From: Camelus dromedarius
Lineage: Eukaryota
NCBI RefSeq assembly: GCF_036321535.1
Contig: NC_087437.1
Coordinates: 23,748,001-23,812,000 of the forward strand
DNA length: 64,000 nucleotides
Reading direction: 5' to 3'
Of this stretch, positions 1 to 13,759 are shown piece by piece. The translations under genes were made by a program, and so were the position numbers. Below the pieces are notes generated by a model. That model worked only from the letters and a program-made list of their open reading frames with translations. It made no database searches and was not told where the DNA came from. Within the stretch, counting starts at the first letter, position 1; every line of letters begins with the position of its first letter.

Positions 1-59
1 TATTTATTATCTAAAATGTGAATTCGTTAAAATTCTTTATGTTCATTGTGATTTGAAGC

Positions 60-370
60 CCAGTTCATCAGAACCGATAGAGACTGGTTGAATAAATTAT
101 GGTATATCATCCATACAATGGGTTATTATGCAGCCATTTATGAGAATGAGGAAGCTCTGTTCATACTTATACAATCTACAAGCCATGTTATGTGTTAAAA
201 AATTGTAGAAGAATGTTCACCATTTGTGTTTAAAACACACCCCCCACACACATATATAGCACACATATAGCACAAATATACATCTGTTACATAAATATTC
301 ATAGAATATTTCTGGAAGAATACCTAACTCATAATAGCAATTGCCTCTGAAGAATACAGCAGCAGACTCA
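60..370 (+). mobile_element. Old L1 3' UTR fragment
   Basis: aataaattatggtatat..catacaatgg..tattatgcagcc is a typical L1M 3' end motif. Confidence 0.55.
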
Positions 371-429
371 GGAGATGAGGGTTTGAGAGACATTGTTTCT
401 CTGAATATACTTCTGTTAGCTAGCTTGCT

Positions 430-516
430 CTTTTTCTTCCTTTCCTTCCCTTCCTCCCTTCCCCTCCTGCCTTCCCTTCCTTTCCTTTCCTCCCTGCCCT
501 TCCTTTCCTTCCTTCC
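430..516. repeat. CT-rich low-complexity tract
   Basis: Degenerate (CCTT)n run. Confidence 0.8.
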
Positions 517-940
517 ACTTTTATATATAAGGGCTTATATTCAGACTATCTAAAAATTCTTATAACTTAACAGGACAAATAGGTTCATTTAAAAATGTGC
601 AACAGATTTAAACACTACATAAAAGATATTCAATATCTAACAAGCGTATGCAGGGAAATGCAAATAAAAATCACAATAATATTTTAGAGTAAAAAAGTTC
701 TAAAACTCTCAATTTCTTGTGAATTTCATTGCCTTAAAAATATTTACAGTTATATGCATGATTTTTATCCTGCAGGTATGAGGTATGAATATATGATTCT
801 CTCTCTGACATACTTCATTCCGGACAATCCTTTGTAGCCAAACCTAATGTTTTAATTTTAGCATACTGCCCAGGGTTGATGCTTTTCTGAAGGAACTCAA
901 ATACATTCTAAATCACATGGTAGAAATAATATGTACTGAC

Positions 941-1161
941 CTTTTGTAGGCAGCAGTTACTCCAGCAACAGCTCCATCTTAGAGCTTTATGCATAGTGAT
1001 GACATCACAGCCTCTGTTATCATAAATTGTCATGGTAAAAGGCCTTGAAGGTCCACAGAAGTGTCTGAGGAAACAGTTGCTTTTCTCTTCTGCAAAGTAA
1101 ATTCTCTGTCCTTGATTGTCCATGACATCATATGTTTTGTTAGTTTCAAAATGGCTAAGGA
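941..1161 (-). CDS. Gene B 221-nt scramblase-domain exon
   Basis: Lies within ORF 908..1177; tctttag acceptor and AAG|gtcagt donor; ETNKTY, IYFAEE, CGPSRPFT and CCLQK motifs. Confidence 0.92.
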
Positions 1162-2442
1162 CTAAAGAATGAAACAATATGGTGATTTATTAATGCCAAA
1201 GGGACTTGTATAAATTGCATATCAAATTATGTTCAAATGTGAATAAGATGAGTAAGTTATGTAAGAAACCGCTTGGCTTTAAGTGGTTCTTCATTAGTAT
1301 CCATATTTTCTCACACAGAAAAATAGAAGTGATGCTAGCTACTCTTTGGTTCTTTTTACTGCTAAAATTCCATGCATAGCTTTTTTGTGTCATTTTGAAT
1401 TTCAGAGAAATTAACCTGTTACCATTATGTTTTGAGTTATTTTAAATTTTACTCCTCTTCATCTTTTCCTTCCTACAGGATGTGAAAATGACTTTCTTGG
1501 GTTTTCAGTCTGTCTAATAGAAACCAATAAAAAATATTTTACCTATGCTAAATTAACGGAGATAGCAGTCTCAAATATTAACCACATAAGACAGATTCAA
1601 ATTCACCTCTTTTGCAGGCAAATGGAAGTATTAACTTTTGTCCTAATAACTTTACTTCTGTGATTATGCAAATAAAACAATCCTAATTTTTTAAAAAAGT
1701 GCTTTCTGCACCAAACATTAACTACTGCACTACTTAGAAAAGAAAAAATAAAACAGAAGAAAAGTAAATATCCAGAAACAGAAGGCAATGTGTAGTATCC
1801 TCTCTTGAGGATTATTGTGTAGCTATTTAAAATGTTGGGTTTCAGGATAAAAAAAATTAAGTGGATAAATATAAAAAATTAGATGGACAGTGATTAAACA
1901 TTATTTTAAAGACCTCATCAAAGAAATATTTTTAAAAGCCTTCAGAAGAAACTTACTAGTTACATATGGATGATTTTTTCCTCCTAAGTTTTCTTAATTT
2001 CAAATGTACTTTAGTGAGTATATGTTTATTTTGATATACATATGTTGCTCTGATATGCATATAACATTATGTTTTACTGTTAACCTTTGAAACAGAATTT
2101 AGTCACAGAATTAGTTATAGAATTTCGTCACTTTTTAATGGTTTTTGGGCATATAAACATATGTTTTCTTATTGTACCAGCATATTTGATAGGTATTCAT
2201 TCTGATTTAACATTCAAAGTTAAATCATGATTCAAGATTTATGAAAAAATTTCTGGCTGCCTTTTAGATTTAATTTCTTTTATGATTAAGAATTACATAT
2301 ATATGGCACAAATTTTAAAATGCAAAGGAGAGTATAAAATTAAAAATAATTCTTCCTCCCAGGCCTATTTTATTTCTTCTTCTTTCTCCAATTTCATATG
2401 CATCCTTCTAGAGATATCTCAAACATATGCAAAACCTAAATG

Positions 2443-2497
<55 letters not shown>

Positions 2498-5279
2498 CTA
2501 CTATATGCACTAACTTTGTAATTGCTTTTAACAGTTAGCAATATACCTTGGAGATATTCCTGACAATTCTGTAGAGCTGTCTCAGTCTTTTAAATAACTG
2601 CCCAGTGTTAAATCATGTGAAAGTGTCATTTAGAGCAGCAGTTCACAAATTTGAGCCTTCATCAGAACCATCTGGATGGCTTGAGAAAGCACAGACTGCT
2701 GAGCCCCGCCTCTGGATTCTGTGATTTAGGGGGTCTGTGATAAAGCCTGGGAATTTGATAGCTCTAATACGTTCCATATGATGTTGGTGGTGCTGGCCCA
2801 GTGACCGTGCTCTGAGCATCACTAGTTTGCAGAACTAGTTCCCTGTAATATAGCTGGTTAGATTTTTCTAAATGTTTTTGCTATTTTTATCATAATTGAA
2901 ATTGCAAGTTACTGTGACTGTTTATGTCCTGTGAGTCCCCACAATTGGTTCCTACCTCTCTCATGACTTTTATTACTTCATACCGTGTATTTTATTTAAG
3001 TACAGCCACTCTCACATTTTAGGGCAAGCCCTTCAGGGCAAGGCCAGGTCAGACTCTTCTTTGATACTTTCAAAATGGCTTGTTCATTATAGGTACTCAA
3101 TGGGAATTCTGGAATAAATGGTCTTTCATAAAATAAAGCATTTAGTGTAAGCTAGCAAGAAAAATTCTCCCAAAGCACTCATTTATAATATGTCTAAATT
3201 GGAATGCTTTTATTAATTAAACAAAACCATGAATGCCTATTTTAGTCTTAGATTCTCTAATGTCAGTAAGAAAGGTCGTCGATGGTGATACTATTTTTTT
3301 TAATGACAGTCAATTTCATTTTATTTACATGTACTGCAGCTTCATCTAAATGAAATAAATATTTGTACTAAGTGGAGGAAATAAACGAAAACAGTTGAAT
3401 TCTAAAGGGCAGTTTAATTTCTCAGACTAAGGAGTGGAATTAGGAATTGGGCCGCCCAGAAATTTACCTGCATTCTGCTTCTACTAGCAGAATTCCAGAG
3501 AAATCTGGAATCATTGCTTCTCTGAAATACCAGTATTTGAGGAATTCAGGATAGGCAGACTCTTTCAGGAAACAGACCTACTGCTTAGCAAGACTTAAAA
3601 CACAGACCAGAATTTTCAGGTGTAATCTGGAGCCGTATCTTTCTCTTGTCTCATGAGAAGACTACTATCACATTCACCTTTTCATCATCTAAAGACCTTC
3701 TATTTATTCTCTTCATATTTCAAAGTTTAGTTTTCCTTAGACATAAGAAGTGCTTTAATTAATAGGGGTTGGCTGAACTACAGCAAAACAAGTTACATAT
3801 TTGAGAATTAACATATCAGTGCATTTGGTACGTACCTTCCAGCAGATCAAAACGCTGACACACTAGTAACTGATTAACCTATTACAGCAGAAAATAAACA
3901 TAGGTGGTATGAAGTAATCAAACTAAATTTAAAGCACATAATAATACAAATATACATTAATACTTACAATTAGGTTATTTACAGTAATTGATTCATTATC
4001 AACATCTCTTATTTTTTTCTGTCAAATATCATACATTATACCAGTCTAGGTGTGACATTTTAACATTTGTACTATAGAAAAAGGAAATGAAAAAATCTTA
4101 GATAGTCTATAATGTGTATTCTCTTTGCCCTGTTGTTTATGTATTCAGTATTTTGGTTCAGAAAAAATTTTAAAGACTTTTATTAAAGATATCTTTGAAA
4201 TTGAGAGAGAAATATCTATACTGTAATTTGAAGTAAAAATTTTAATGTAGTTTTTACCCACATTCAAAAATGTCTTGTTAGATTTATGTTAATATTAGTT
4301 TATAGTTTATAATTAAGCATTGAAAATGTAAAAAATCTTTTTAAGAAGGAACATGCATACCTTTTCATTTTTAAAGAATTAAAAAATAAGATGTGGCCAA
4401 CGAATTGTAATGTGAAATATCAAAGTTAATTAGTTATTCAGAGATAGCACTACAGGAAAATTAAATCAGAATTGATAGCATAAACAAAATAGCAATTCAG
4501 TGTCATTAAATTTGTTAGAGAATGGAGATGTTTTCCTAATATTAGTGTTCATATTTGCGTACCAGGCGTCTAATACCTAATCAGTTAGATAAACTGAAGA
4601 GTCTTGAAGTCATTTTTACTTACATTCTCAGAATCCAATTTCCTATTTTAAAAAGTAGGTATTTATTTTTAAATGGGTTTCCCATAAAACCCATTTGTAA
4701 ATAACAATGTTACATTGTAGTTGGCCCTTGAACAACATGGGTTTGAACTGCTCAGGTCTACTTATAAATGCATTGTTTTGAGTAAATTTACAGTCAGCAC
4801 TCCATACCCCTGTGTCTTGCATCCGCACACTCAGCCAGCCTCTGACGATGTGCCGTGTTCATGATCTGCAGTCGGTTGAGCCTGCGGTTCACAACTGCAG
4901 ATCTGAAGGGCCGACTCTGGGACTTGGGCACCTCCAGTTTTGGTATCTTCTGGGCTAGTCCTGAAACCAGTCCTCCAGTGGATACTGAGGGGTTACTGTA
5001 TTTAACTTGTGAATTTACTATCTCAATCAAAAATTAAAATTAAATAAAATGTAGAATTCTTAATGTTAACAGGTATAGTATTTTAGTCTATAGTGAAAAT
5101 ATTTTCTAATAACACAAATTATATTTTTAATCCATCTAAATTCATAGTATTATCCATCAGCTAAATTAAGAAACACATTATCATACCTGAGTTAAATATT
5201 CCAGTCCAGGTGGACAGTTGAGTATTGACCCTGGTGTTTGCATCCATTGTATCGTAGGTTGTAAATCACAAAAAGCCAT
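941..5279 (-). CDS. Gene B: divergent phospholipid scramblase family paralogue, partial (3' exons lie left of the window); join(5279-5187,3878-3836,1161-941)
   Basis: Three phase-compatible GT-AG exons give [74 protein letters not shown]...CCWSNCCLQK. Whether it is functional or a pseudogene cannot be decided here. Confidence 0.75.
2449..2495. repeat. (CA)n microsatellite, about 23 units
   Basis: Perfect AC run. Confidence 0.97.
2633..2826. mobile_element. MER5A-like hAT-Charlie DNA transposon fossil
   Basis: cagcagttcacaaatttgagc..catcagaaccatctgg...ctctgagcatcactag matches recalled MER5 motifs. Confidence 0.75.
3836..3878 (-). CDS. Gene B 43-nt exon: VNQLLVCQRFDLLE(V)
   Basis: ctgtaatag|GTTAATCAG...CTGGAAG|gtacgt; same size, phase and acceptor context as the gene A 43-nt exon. 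Confidence 0.88.
4716..5000 (+). mobile_element. Tigger2/MER8-like TcMar non-autonomous element
   Basis: Starts with gttggcccttgaacaacatgggtttgaactgc and ends with gatactgaggggttactgta. Confidence 0.75.
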
Positions 5280-5345
5280 AATCTAGATTACCGAATGCTT
5301 GAGACTGTGACAGATTGAAGAGATTTCCCCTTTTATCTTTAAAAT
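5187..5345 (-). CDS. Gene B exon ending ...[21 protein letters not shown] (first in-frame ATG at 5279)
   Basis: tattgttag acceptor at 5347-5346 and CAG|gtatga donor; conserved NCPPGLEYL motif. Confidence 0.82.
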
Positions 5346-6349
5346 CTAACAATACAGAAACATTAATCTAGTCAGAGACAGAAGTCAACTTCCAAGTTTA
5401 GTTTTTCTTCATTTAATGATAAACATTAAATTAAATGGTAAACATCATCCATACTTAATTTTTTAAATTGTTTTCAACTGAAATATTTATGGTTTTATTT
5501 ATAGAGTCTCTCAACAAAAGCCAAAAAAGGAACCTCAGTAATACAAGAAATCCCAGTTAGTACCAATGTAATGAATTTAGTGTAAATTATTACACACATT
5601 CCTGTGTGATCTTGGTCTATTTAAATACAATTAAACCTTTAGGTTCAGAATCATTTGACAGTGATTGGATGAACATTTCTTCTCCAATGTTGAAGGACAT
5701 GTTATGGTGGACATGAATTTTAAAATGAGGTTTGGGGAGCTATTTCTCTCTAGTGCCATGATTCTAGCAAACTTATAACAAATATATATGGAGTCAAAAC
5801 TTTCTTATTGGCCCTGATTAAAGTCTCATTATTCTCTGTATTTTCCTCAGCTTGCATCAGGATTACATTTATGGAATAAATTTACAAGCCCATGCTTCCA
5901 GCTCAGAGTTTAAGAAGATGATTCTAACAGTGACTATAAACACATTGAAAGTATTACAGAATTTATTTATATTGTTTTGGGGCCAATATTCTAAGTTTTA
6001 CTCTCATTCAGGTACATTAAAAGAAGCAAACAAATAAGACATCACAACATTAGCATAAGAGATGAATATCAATGTTGATAAGAGAAAGGTGTATTTTGGA
6101 AAAATATTTACCACTTAAAACAAGAGTGAGTTTTAAATAATAGATTATATTCCAAAGAATTAAGAATTAAGCTATGAAATGAGAGTTGAGGTAAAGAGAA
6201 GAACAGATCCTACAAAGGAAAGGAAAATGCAAACTTAAGAAGTATTTTCCTTCCTTCCTTCCTTCCTTTTTTATTCTTTTTCTTTTTCTTTTTTCTCTTT
6301 TCTCTTTTCCCTTTCTCTCTCTCTCTCTCCCCCACCCCCCTCTCTCTGC

Positions 6350-8335
6350 TTAATTGGGTCATATGGTAACTGTATGTTTAAATTTGGAGGAAACTAGAAC
6401 ATATTCTCCAGAGTGGCTAGTCCATTTTACATTCCTACTAGCAAAGTAAGAGAGTTCTAATTTCTCTGCATCCTTTCCAACACTTGTTATATTGTCTGTC
6501 TTTTTAATTACAGCCATCCTAGTGGGTGTGAAGTTGTATCTCCTTGTGACTTTCGTTTACATTATCCTAATGATTAATGTTCATGAGCAACCTTTCATGT
6601 GTTATTGCCACTCGTGTATCTTCTTTGGAGAACTCTTCAAATTCTTGTGCATTTTTTGCTTATGTAATTGGCATTTTTATTGTTGAATTGTGAGAGTTTT
6701 ATACATTTTGGATTAAATCCCATTATAAGATACAAGACTTGCAAGTATTTTTTTCCATTCTGTGAGTTGTCTTTTCACTTTCTTGATGGTGTCCTCTAGA
6801 GCACAGAAGTTTAAAATTTTGATGTAGTCCAATTTATCAACTTATCTATTTTCTAATAGTGCTAATGTTTTAGCTCTTACATTTGGGTCTTTCATCCCTT
6901 TAGAGTTAAATTTTGTGTCTACTGTGAGGTAGGAGTCCAGCTTTATTCTTGTACATAAGAATATCTAGTGGTTCCAGTACTATTTGCTGAACAGACTATC
7001 TTTCGCCATTGAATTATTTTGCCATCCTTGTTGAAAGTCAGTTGGCTGTAAACGTAAGGGTGTATTTCTGGATTCTCACTCTGTTCCATCAATGTATATA
7101 TCTATTTTATGTCAGTACTGCAATGTCTTAATTACTGTAGTTTGCAGGAAGTTTAGAAATGTAGAAGAATAAGTCCTCCAAATTTGTTCCTTTTCAAGAT
7201 TGCTTTGGGTATTCTGCATCCCTTGAGTTTCCACATAAATTTTAGGGTTACTTTGTCAGTTTCTACAAAAAAGCTACTTGTGATTCGGAGATTCATTGAA
7301 TCTGTAGGTTGTATTAGGGAATAGTGCAATCTTAACAATATTAAGACTTTTGATCCATAAACATTAGATGTATTTCCATTTGTTTAGATCTTCTTTCATT
7401 TCTTTCAATACTATTTTCTGATTTTCAGCACTTAGCACATCTTTAAAACTTTGTTCCTAAGTATCTTAATGTTTTGATGCTATTGTAAATAAAATTGCTT
7501 TCTTATTTTTATTTTAGGACAGTTCACTGCATGTTTATAGAAATAAAATTGATTTGGTTCAATGATCTTAAATATTGCAACCTTACTGAACTTATTTTTT
7601 TTCATTCTAATTGTGTCTTAGTGAAGCTCCTAGGAATTTCTGTGCAAGATCATGCCATCTACAAATAGAAAATCTTTTACTTCTTTTATTTCATTTTTTT
7701 ATTTAGTTCATCAGACTAGAGCCTCTAGTATGATGTTAAGTAGAAGTGGAAGGAACATCTGTGCTTTGTTACTGAATTTATGTAAAAAGCATTCAGTCTT
7801 TAATCATTTAGTATGATGTTAGCTGTGGGTTTTGTTTTGTTTTGTTTTTGACAGATGCTGTTTACTAGGTTGAGGAATTTCCCTTCTATTCTTAGTTCTT
7901 TCATAATTTTTTTTGTCACAAATGTGTGTTTGATTCTTTTCCAAGTGCTTTTTTTTGTGTCTATTGAGATGATCATTTAGCTTTTGTATTTTATTCTATT
8001 TATATGTTGTATTATATTAACTGATTTTCAGATTTCAAATCAACCTTACATTCCTGGAATAAATCTTACTTGGTATACAATTCTTTTTATATCTTGCTGG
8101 GTTTGGTTTGCTCATACTTTCTTGAGGATTTGTGTCTAAATTAATAAGAAATTTTAATTTGTAGCTTTCTTGTAATGTCTTTGTGTAGTTTTATTATTAA
8201 AGTAATACTGGCCTCAATAATAATTTGGAAAATGTAATTCTTCTTGCATTTTTTGGAAGAGTTTGTGAAAAATTTGTATTAATTCTTTAAATATTTGGTA
8301 GAATTCACCAAGTAAGTCGTCTGGGCCTGGACTTA
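6350..8335 (-). mobile_element. Degraded L1 (ORF2 and 3' region), antisense
   Basis: ORF fragments KFMWKLKGCRIPKAILKRNKFGGLIL and [19 protein letters not shown] resemble L1 ORF2. Confidence 0.88.
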
Positions 8336-9245
8336 ATTTGTGCACACCCTCAACTTTTTGCTTAGAAATCTCCTCAGCTAAATATACAATTAATTGCTTA
8401 CAAATTCTTCTTTTCAAATATCTCCAGGACACAATTCAGCTAATCATTCTGTCACTGTATAATGAAGATGCCTTTTCTTCAGGTTTGCAGTAAGACTTTT
8501 GTCGTTTCCTTCTGAACCCTTACCACCAGTGTTTTTCATGTACTTATTTCTACCAATAGTCTGTGATGGTTTAGGTGTTCGCAAAAGTCAGTTTTCACTG
8601 TCGTGCTCCTCACTTCTTTCCGAGCTCTCATCATCAGCATCTTAAATAACCATATTTCTACTAACAATCTTCTGGTAACCCAGAAATTTTCTGTTATGCT
8701 TTTCAAAACTCTTCTAGTTCCCCATCCATTATTCAATTACAAATTTATTTCCACACTTTGGGGTATTTTTGATAGCAGCACCCAACTTTCAGTTACCAAA
8801 ATCTGTGTTAATTTTCTATTGCTACTCTAACAGATTACCACAAACTTAGTGGCATAAAAACACACATTTATTATATTGCAGTTATGAAATTCAGAAGTGT
8901 ACAATGGATCAGCAGGGCCATATTCTTTTTAAAGACTGTAAGGAAGAATGTGTTTCTTTGCCTTTCCTAGCTTCTAGAAGCTGCCTGCATTCCTTGGTTG
9001 TGTCCCCCTCCCTCTGTCTTCCAAGTCAGCAGTGTAACATCTCCTTTCCTCTTTGACTTCCTCCCTCTTATAAAAACCCATATGATTTGATCAGATCCAC
9101 ACAGATAATACAGGATAATCTGCTCATCTCCAGATCCTTAATTTCATCATATCTGCAAAAGACATTTTACAATGTGAGATAACACAGTCACAGGTTTTGA
9201 GGATTATGATGTGCACATGTTTGTGTGTCATTATTTGTCAATCAC
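8336..9245 (-). mobile_element. MaLR element: internal fragment (about 8336-8800) plus MLT1-type LTR (about 8800-9245)
   Basis: YLAEEISKQ-type MaLR internal motif; LTR motifs attaccacaaacttagtggc and tttcctagcttctagaagctgcctgcattccttgg. Confidence 0.75.
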
Positions 9246-10284
9246 ATGTCAATCATGGGTACTATGATTGCAAGGCTGTTGGTTTTCAAGGATTCTGTGG
9301 AGCTGGGGAGATGGAAATAGAGCAAATTGAAATGCCACAAAACTGCCTGCTCTTACTGAGATTTTTTCCATTTTTTATTGAATACATTCTCCTCAAACTG
9401 TTTCAAGTTTTGGGGTAATTTTCAGAATTCTGAAAAAGTTGATTTTAACTTTTTTTAAAACGAGTGTTTTAATTGCTTTTATTGAGGCACAAATATTCAG
9501 AGACACTTACTCTGAGGTTTTTTGTGTGTGTTTGAAATAATTAACACATATAGAGAGACAATTACTTGGAATTATAAACAAATAAGAATATACTTAACGT
9601 GTGCATTCATAATTTCTGAAATACTTTATATGTTTAAATGAGAAATATACTTATTTTTAAATTGCTATTACCAATATATTAATATTTTAATAAGTAATTA
9701 TTTTACATAGTATATATAGATATTTTATATGTATACTTGTAATGTTTCTTAAGAAGTATAACTATATTGATCTTTATAGACATGTCACCAGAGAGAAGGT
9801 TAAAAAAAACTGGATAAATTTGTGGTCTTCCAATTGTTTTCTCAAAGCACCTCAACTTTAAATGTTTGCCCTATTTATGATTATCTCTAGTTTGATAAAG
9901 TAGAACCTAAAATATAAGCACTGTTTGTAAACACTGTCATAATAAATGCACAGATGTTCAATATCAGTAATAACTATACAATTGTAAAAAATGGAAGTTC
10001 TACTGAATTTTTAGGGAGACTGTAAGTCTTGTATTCTCCTTTAAGCAAATATTATTGCTTTTTAATTCTGGAGATAATTTTGGACTTTTTGACATCAAAC
10101 ATCTTTTTTTTTTTTCTAGTAGAATTATAGTTGGTTCATTGTGGGAACTTACATATCATTCCAAGCTCAATCCCTATAGTAGTTTTTCACTTGCCAGTGG
10201 ACACTTAGGTTGTTTCCCTATTTTGTATATTGTTAATAATACTGCAATGAAAATGGTGGTGCAATAAAATATTCTCCAGGGTAG

Positions 10285-13200
10285 GTCACAAAACATATCT
10301 TAGCAAATTTAAGATGACTGAAATCGTACCAAGTGTCTTTTCCAACCACAATTGTATGAAACTAGAAATTAATATCAGGAGAAGAAGTGAAAAATTCACA
10401 AATATGTGGAGATTAAACATGCTTCCCCCCAAAAAAATAGGTCAAAAAAGAAATCAAAAGAGAAATAAAAAATCTTAAGACATATGAAAATGGAAATACA
10501 ACATAAATTTATGGGATGCTACAAAAGCAGTTCTAAGAGGGAAGTTTATAGCAATAAATACCTGTATTAAGAAACTACAAAGATTTCAAATAAGTATCCT
10601 CACTTTACACTTCAAAGAACTAGAAAAAGAAGCAAGCTCAAAATCCATAGAAGGAAGGAAATAAGAGCAGAAATAAAATAGTGACTAAAAAGCAATAGAA
10701 AAAAATCAGTGAAACTAAGATCTGGTTCTTTGAACAGATGAACAAAATTGACAGAACTTGAGTTAACTGAGAAAAGAAGAGAGAAGACTCAAATAAAACC
10801 AGAAGTGAAAGAGGAGACATTACCACTGATACCACAGAAATAGAAAGGATTATGAGACTATTATGAAAAAATATATGCCAAGAAACTGGATAACCTAGAA
10901 GAAATGGATAAGTTCCTGGAAACAAACAACCTACCAAGACTGAATCATGAAAAATAGAAAATATAAACAGACCAATAAAGTATAAAGGGATTGAATCAGT
11001 AATTAAAAACTTCCAACATAGAAAATCCCAGGACGGATGGTTTCACTACCAAACATTCAAGAAGAAATAATGCCAATCTTTTTAAAGTCTTTCAGAAAAC
11101 TGAAGAGCAAGGGATACTCCCAAACTCATTTTGAGGCCAGGATTACTCTGATACCAAAGTACCTCAAGAAAAGAAAATTACAGGTCATTATCCCTGATGA
11201 ATACAGATGTAAAAATTATCAACAAAATATTAGCAAACCCAATTCAATAGCACATTAAAAGATCATTCACCATGATCAAGTGGGTTTTGTCTCTGGGATA
11301 CAAGGATGGTTCAACATATGCAAAATGATAAATGTGATACCACATTAATAGAATGAAAGATAAAAATTGTATGATCATTCCAATAAATGCAGAAAAATAA
11401 TTTGAAAAACTACATCTTTTAAAAATAAAAACCCTCAACAAATTGGGTATGGAACATAATAATACAATAAAAGGCCATACACAACAAACCACAGCTAACA
11501 TCATACACAACAGTGAATGGCTGAAAGCTTTTTCTCCAAGATCAGAAAGATGACAAGGATGCCCATCCTCACCAATTCTACTCAACATAGTACTGGAACT
11601 AGTAGCTACAGCAATTAGGTAAGAAAAAGAATAAAAAGCATACATGTTGAAAATGAAGAAGTGAAATTATCTGTTTATAGATGAAATGACCTTATATATA
11701 GAAAACTCTAAAAACTACTCTAAAACCTGTTAAAACTTGTAAATGAATTCAGTAAAGTTGCAGGATACAAAACTGACATATGGAAATCAGTTACATTTCT
11801 GTATACTAACAGCAAACTATCTGAAAGAGATATTAAGAAAGCAATCCCATTTACAATAATAAAATATTTAGGAATAAAGTTGGCCAAGGAAATGAAAGGC
11901 CTGTACCCTGAAAACTATATGACACTGATGAAACAAATTGAAGAATACACAAATAAATGGAAAGATATCCCATACCCATGAATTGGAAGAATCAGTCGTG
12001 CTAAAATGTTCGTATTACCCAAAGCAACCTACAGATTCAATGCAATCCTGCAAAAATTCCTATGGCATTTCTCAGAGGAGTCAGAAAAACAGTCCTAAAA
12101 TTTGCATGGAACTACCAAAGACCCTGACTAACCAAAGCAATCTTGAGAAAGAATAATAAATCTGGTGGTGTCATGCTTCCTGATTTTAAACTACATTAAA
12201 AAGCCGTGATAATTAAAAATAGTGTGGCACTGGCATGCAAACAAGCAGGGTGCCAACAATACACAATGGGAAAAGGACAGTCTCTTCAATAGATGGTGTT
12301 GGGAAAACTAGATATCCACATGCAGAAGAATGAAACAATGCTTATCTTACGCCATTCACAAAAATTAACTCAAAATGAATCAAAGATTTAAATGTAAACC
12401 TGAAACTATAAAACTCTCAAAGAAAAAAATGGGAAAAAATTCTTGATATTGATCTAGGCTGTGATTTCTTGGATAAGTCACAAAAGCACAGGGAACAAAA
12501 ACTGAAACAAGTGGGACAACATTGAACTAAAGGGCTGCTGCACAGCAGGGGAAATCAATACATTTGAAAAGGCAGCCAGCAGAATGGGAGAAAATATTCA
12601 TAAACCATATACCTCATAAGGAACTATATCCAAGATATATAAAGAACTCATGTAATTCAATAGCAAAAAAAAAAAAAAACCCAAATAATACAATTTAAAA
12701 ATGGACAAAGACCAGAATAGGCATTTTTCCAAAGAAGACTTACAAATGGCCAACAGGAATAGGAAAAGGTGCTAATCAACACTAATCATCAGGCAAATGC
12801 AAATTAAAACCATAAAGAGATATTACCTCACACTTGTTAGGATGGCTTTTCTCAAAAAAACAAGACATGACAAATTTTGGCAAGGATGTGGAAAAGAGGG
12901 AAGTCATACACTGTTGGAGGGAATGCAAATTAGTACAGCCATTATGGAAGACAGTATGGAGCTTCTTCAAAAAATTAAAAATTGAACTACTATATGATAA
13001 AGCAATTCCAATTCTGGGTATGTATCCAAAGGAATTAAAATCAGTATCTTGAAGAGATCTGCACACTCATATTCATTGCAGCATTATTCACAGTAGCCAA
13101 GATACGGAAACAACCTAAGTGTCCATCAATGAATAAATGGATAAAGAAGATGGGAGATATCTATATAGATATTTTCATCCTATGCAATGGAACATTATTC

Positions 13201-13685
13201 AGCCATGAGAAAGAAGGCAGTCCTGCCATTTGTAACAACTTGGATGTATTTTGATTATACTAAGTGAGATAATTCAGACAAATACTGTATACTACTACTT
13301 ACATGAAAAAAAACTGAACTTGTAAAAAACCATATTGTAGAATGATGGTTACCAGAGGCTAGAGGGTGGGGAATTTGGGGAAGATATTATTTAAAGGTAC
13401 AAACTTGCAACTAGTAGATAAATAAGTTCTGGAGACCAATGCACAATATAGAGTGATTATAGTCAACAATACTGTAGTCTAAATTTTAAAATTGCTAAGA
13501 GTATATCAATTATTCTCAACACATAAAACATGACAATTATATGATGTAATAAAAGTATTAACTAATGTTACTGTACTAACCATATTGCAATATATAAACA
13601 TATCAAACCAATACATTGTACACCTCAAACTTCACACAATATTATGTATCAATTATATCTCAGTGATTTTTTTAAGAAAGAAAAT
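10285..13685 (+). mobile_element. 5'-truncated L1 (L1MA-like): ORF2 remnants through the 3' UTR
   Basis: Multiple broken ORF2 fragments ([26 protein letters not shown]); A-rich tail near 13675. Confidence 0.93.
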
Positions 13686-13759
13686 GAAGTTCAGCTATCT
13701 CTTTGACATAGATATAGTGATTTCATTTTCTTCAAATATATACCTAGAAATACAACTCT

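Noticed and set aside
341..553. 70-aa hydrophobic ORF resembling a membrane peptide
   Set aside because: It is produced by the CT-rich low-complexity tract.
2282..2521. ORF with an HT repeat
   Set aside because: It is the translation of the (CA)n microsatellite.
10638..13066. Cluster of 60-130 aa ORFs (likewise at 20451-22444, 42069-47383 and 56713-60084)
   Set aside because: These are broken L1 ORF1/ORF2 fragments or their antisense frames; there is no intact retrotransposon ORF.
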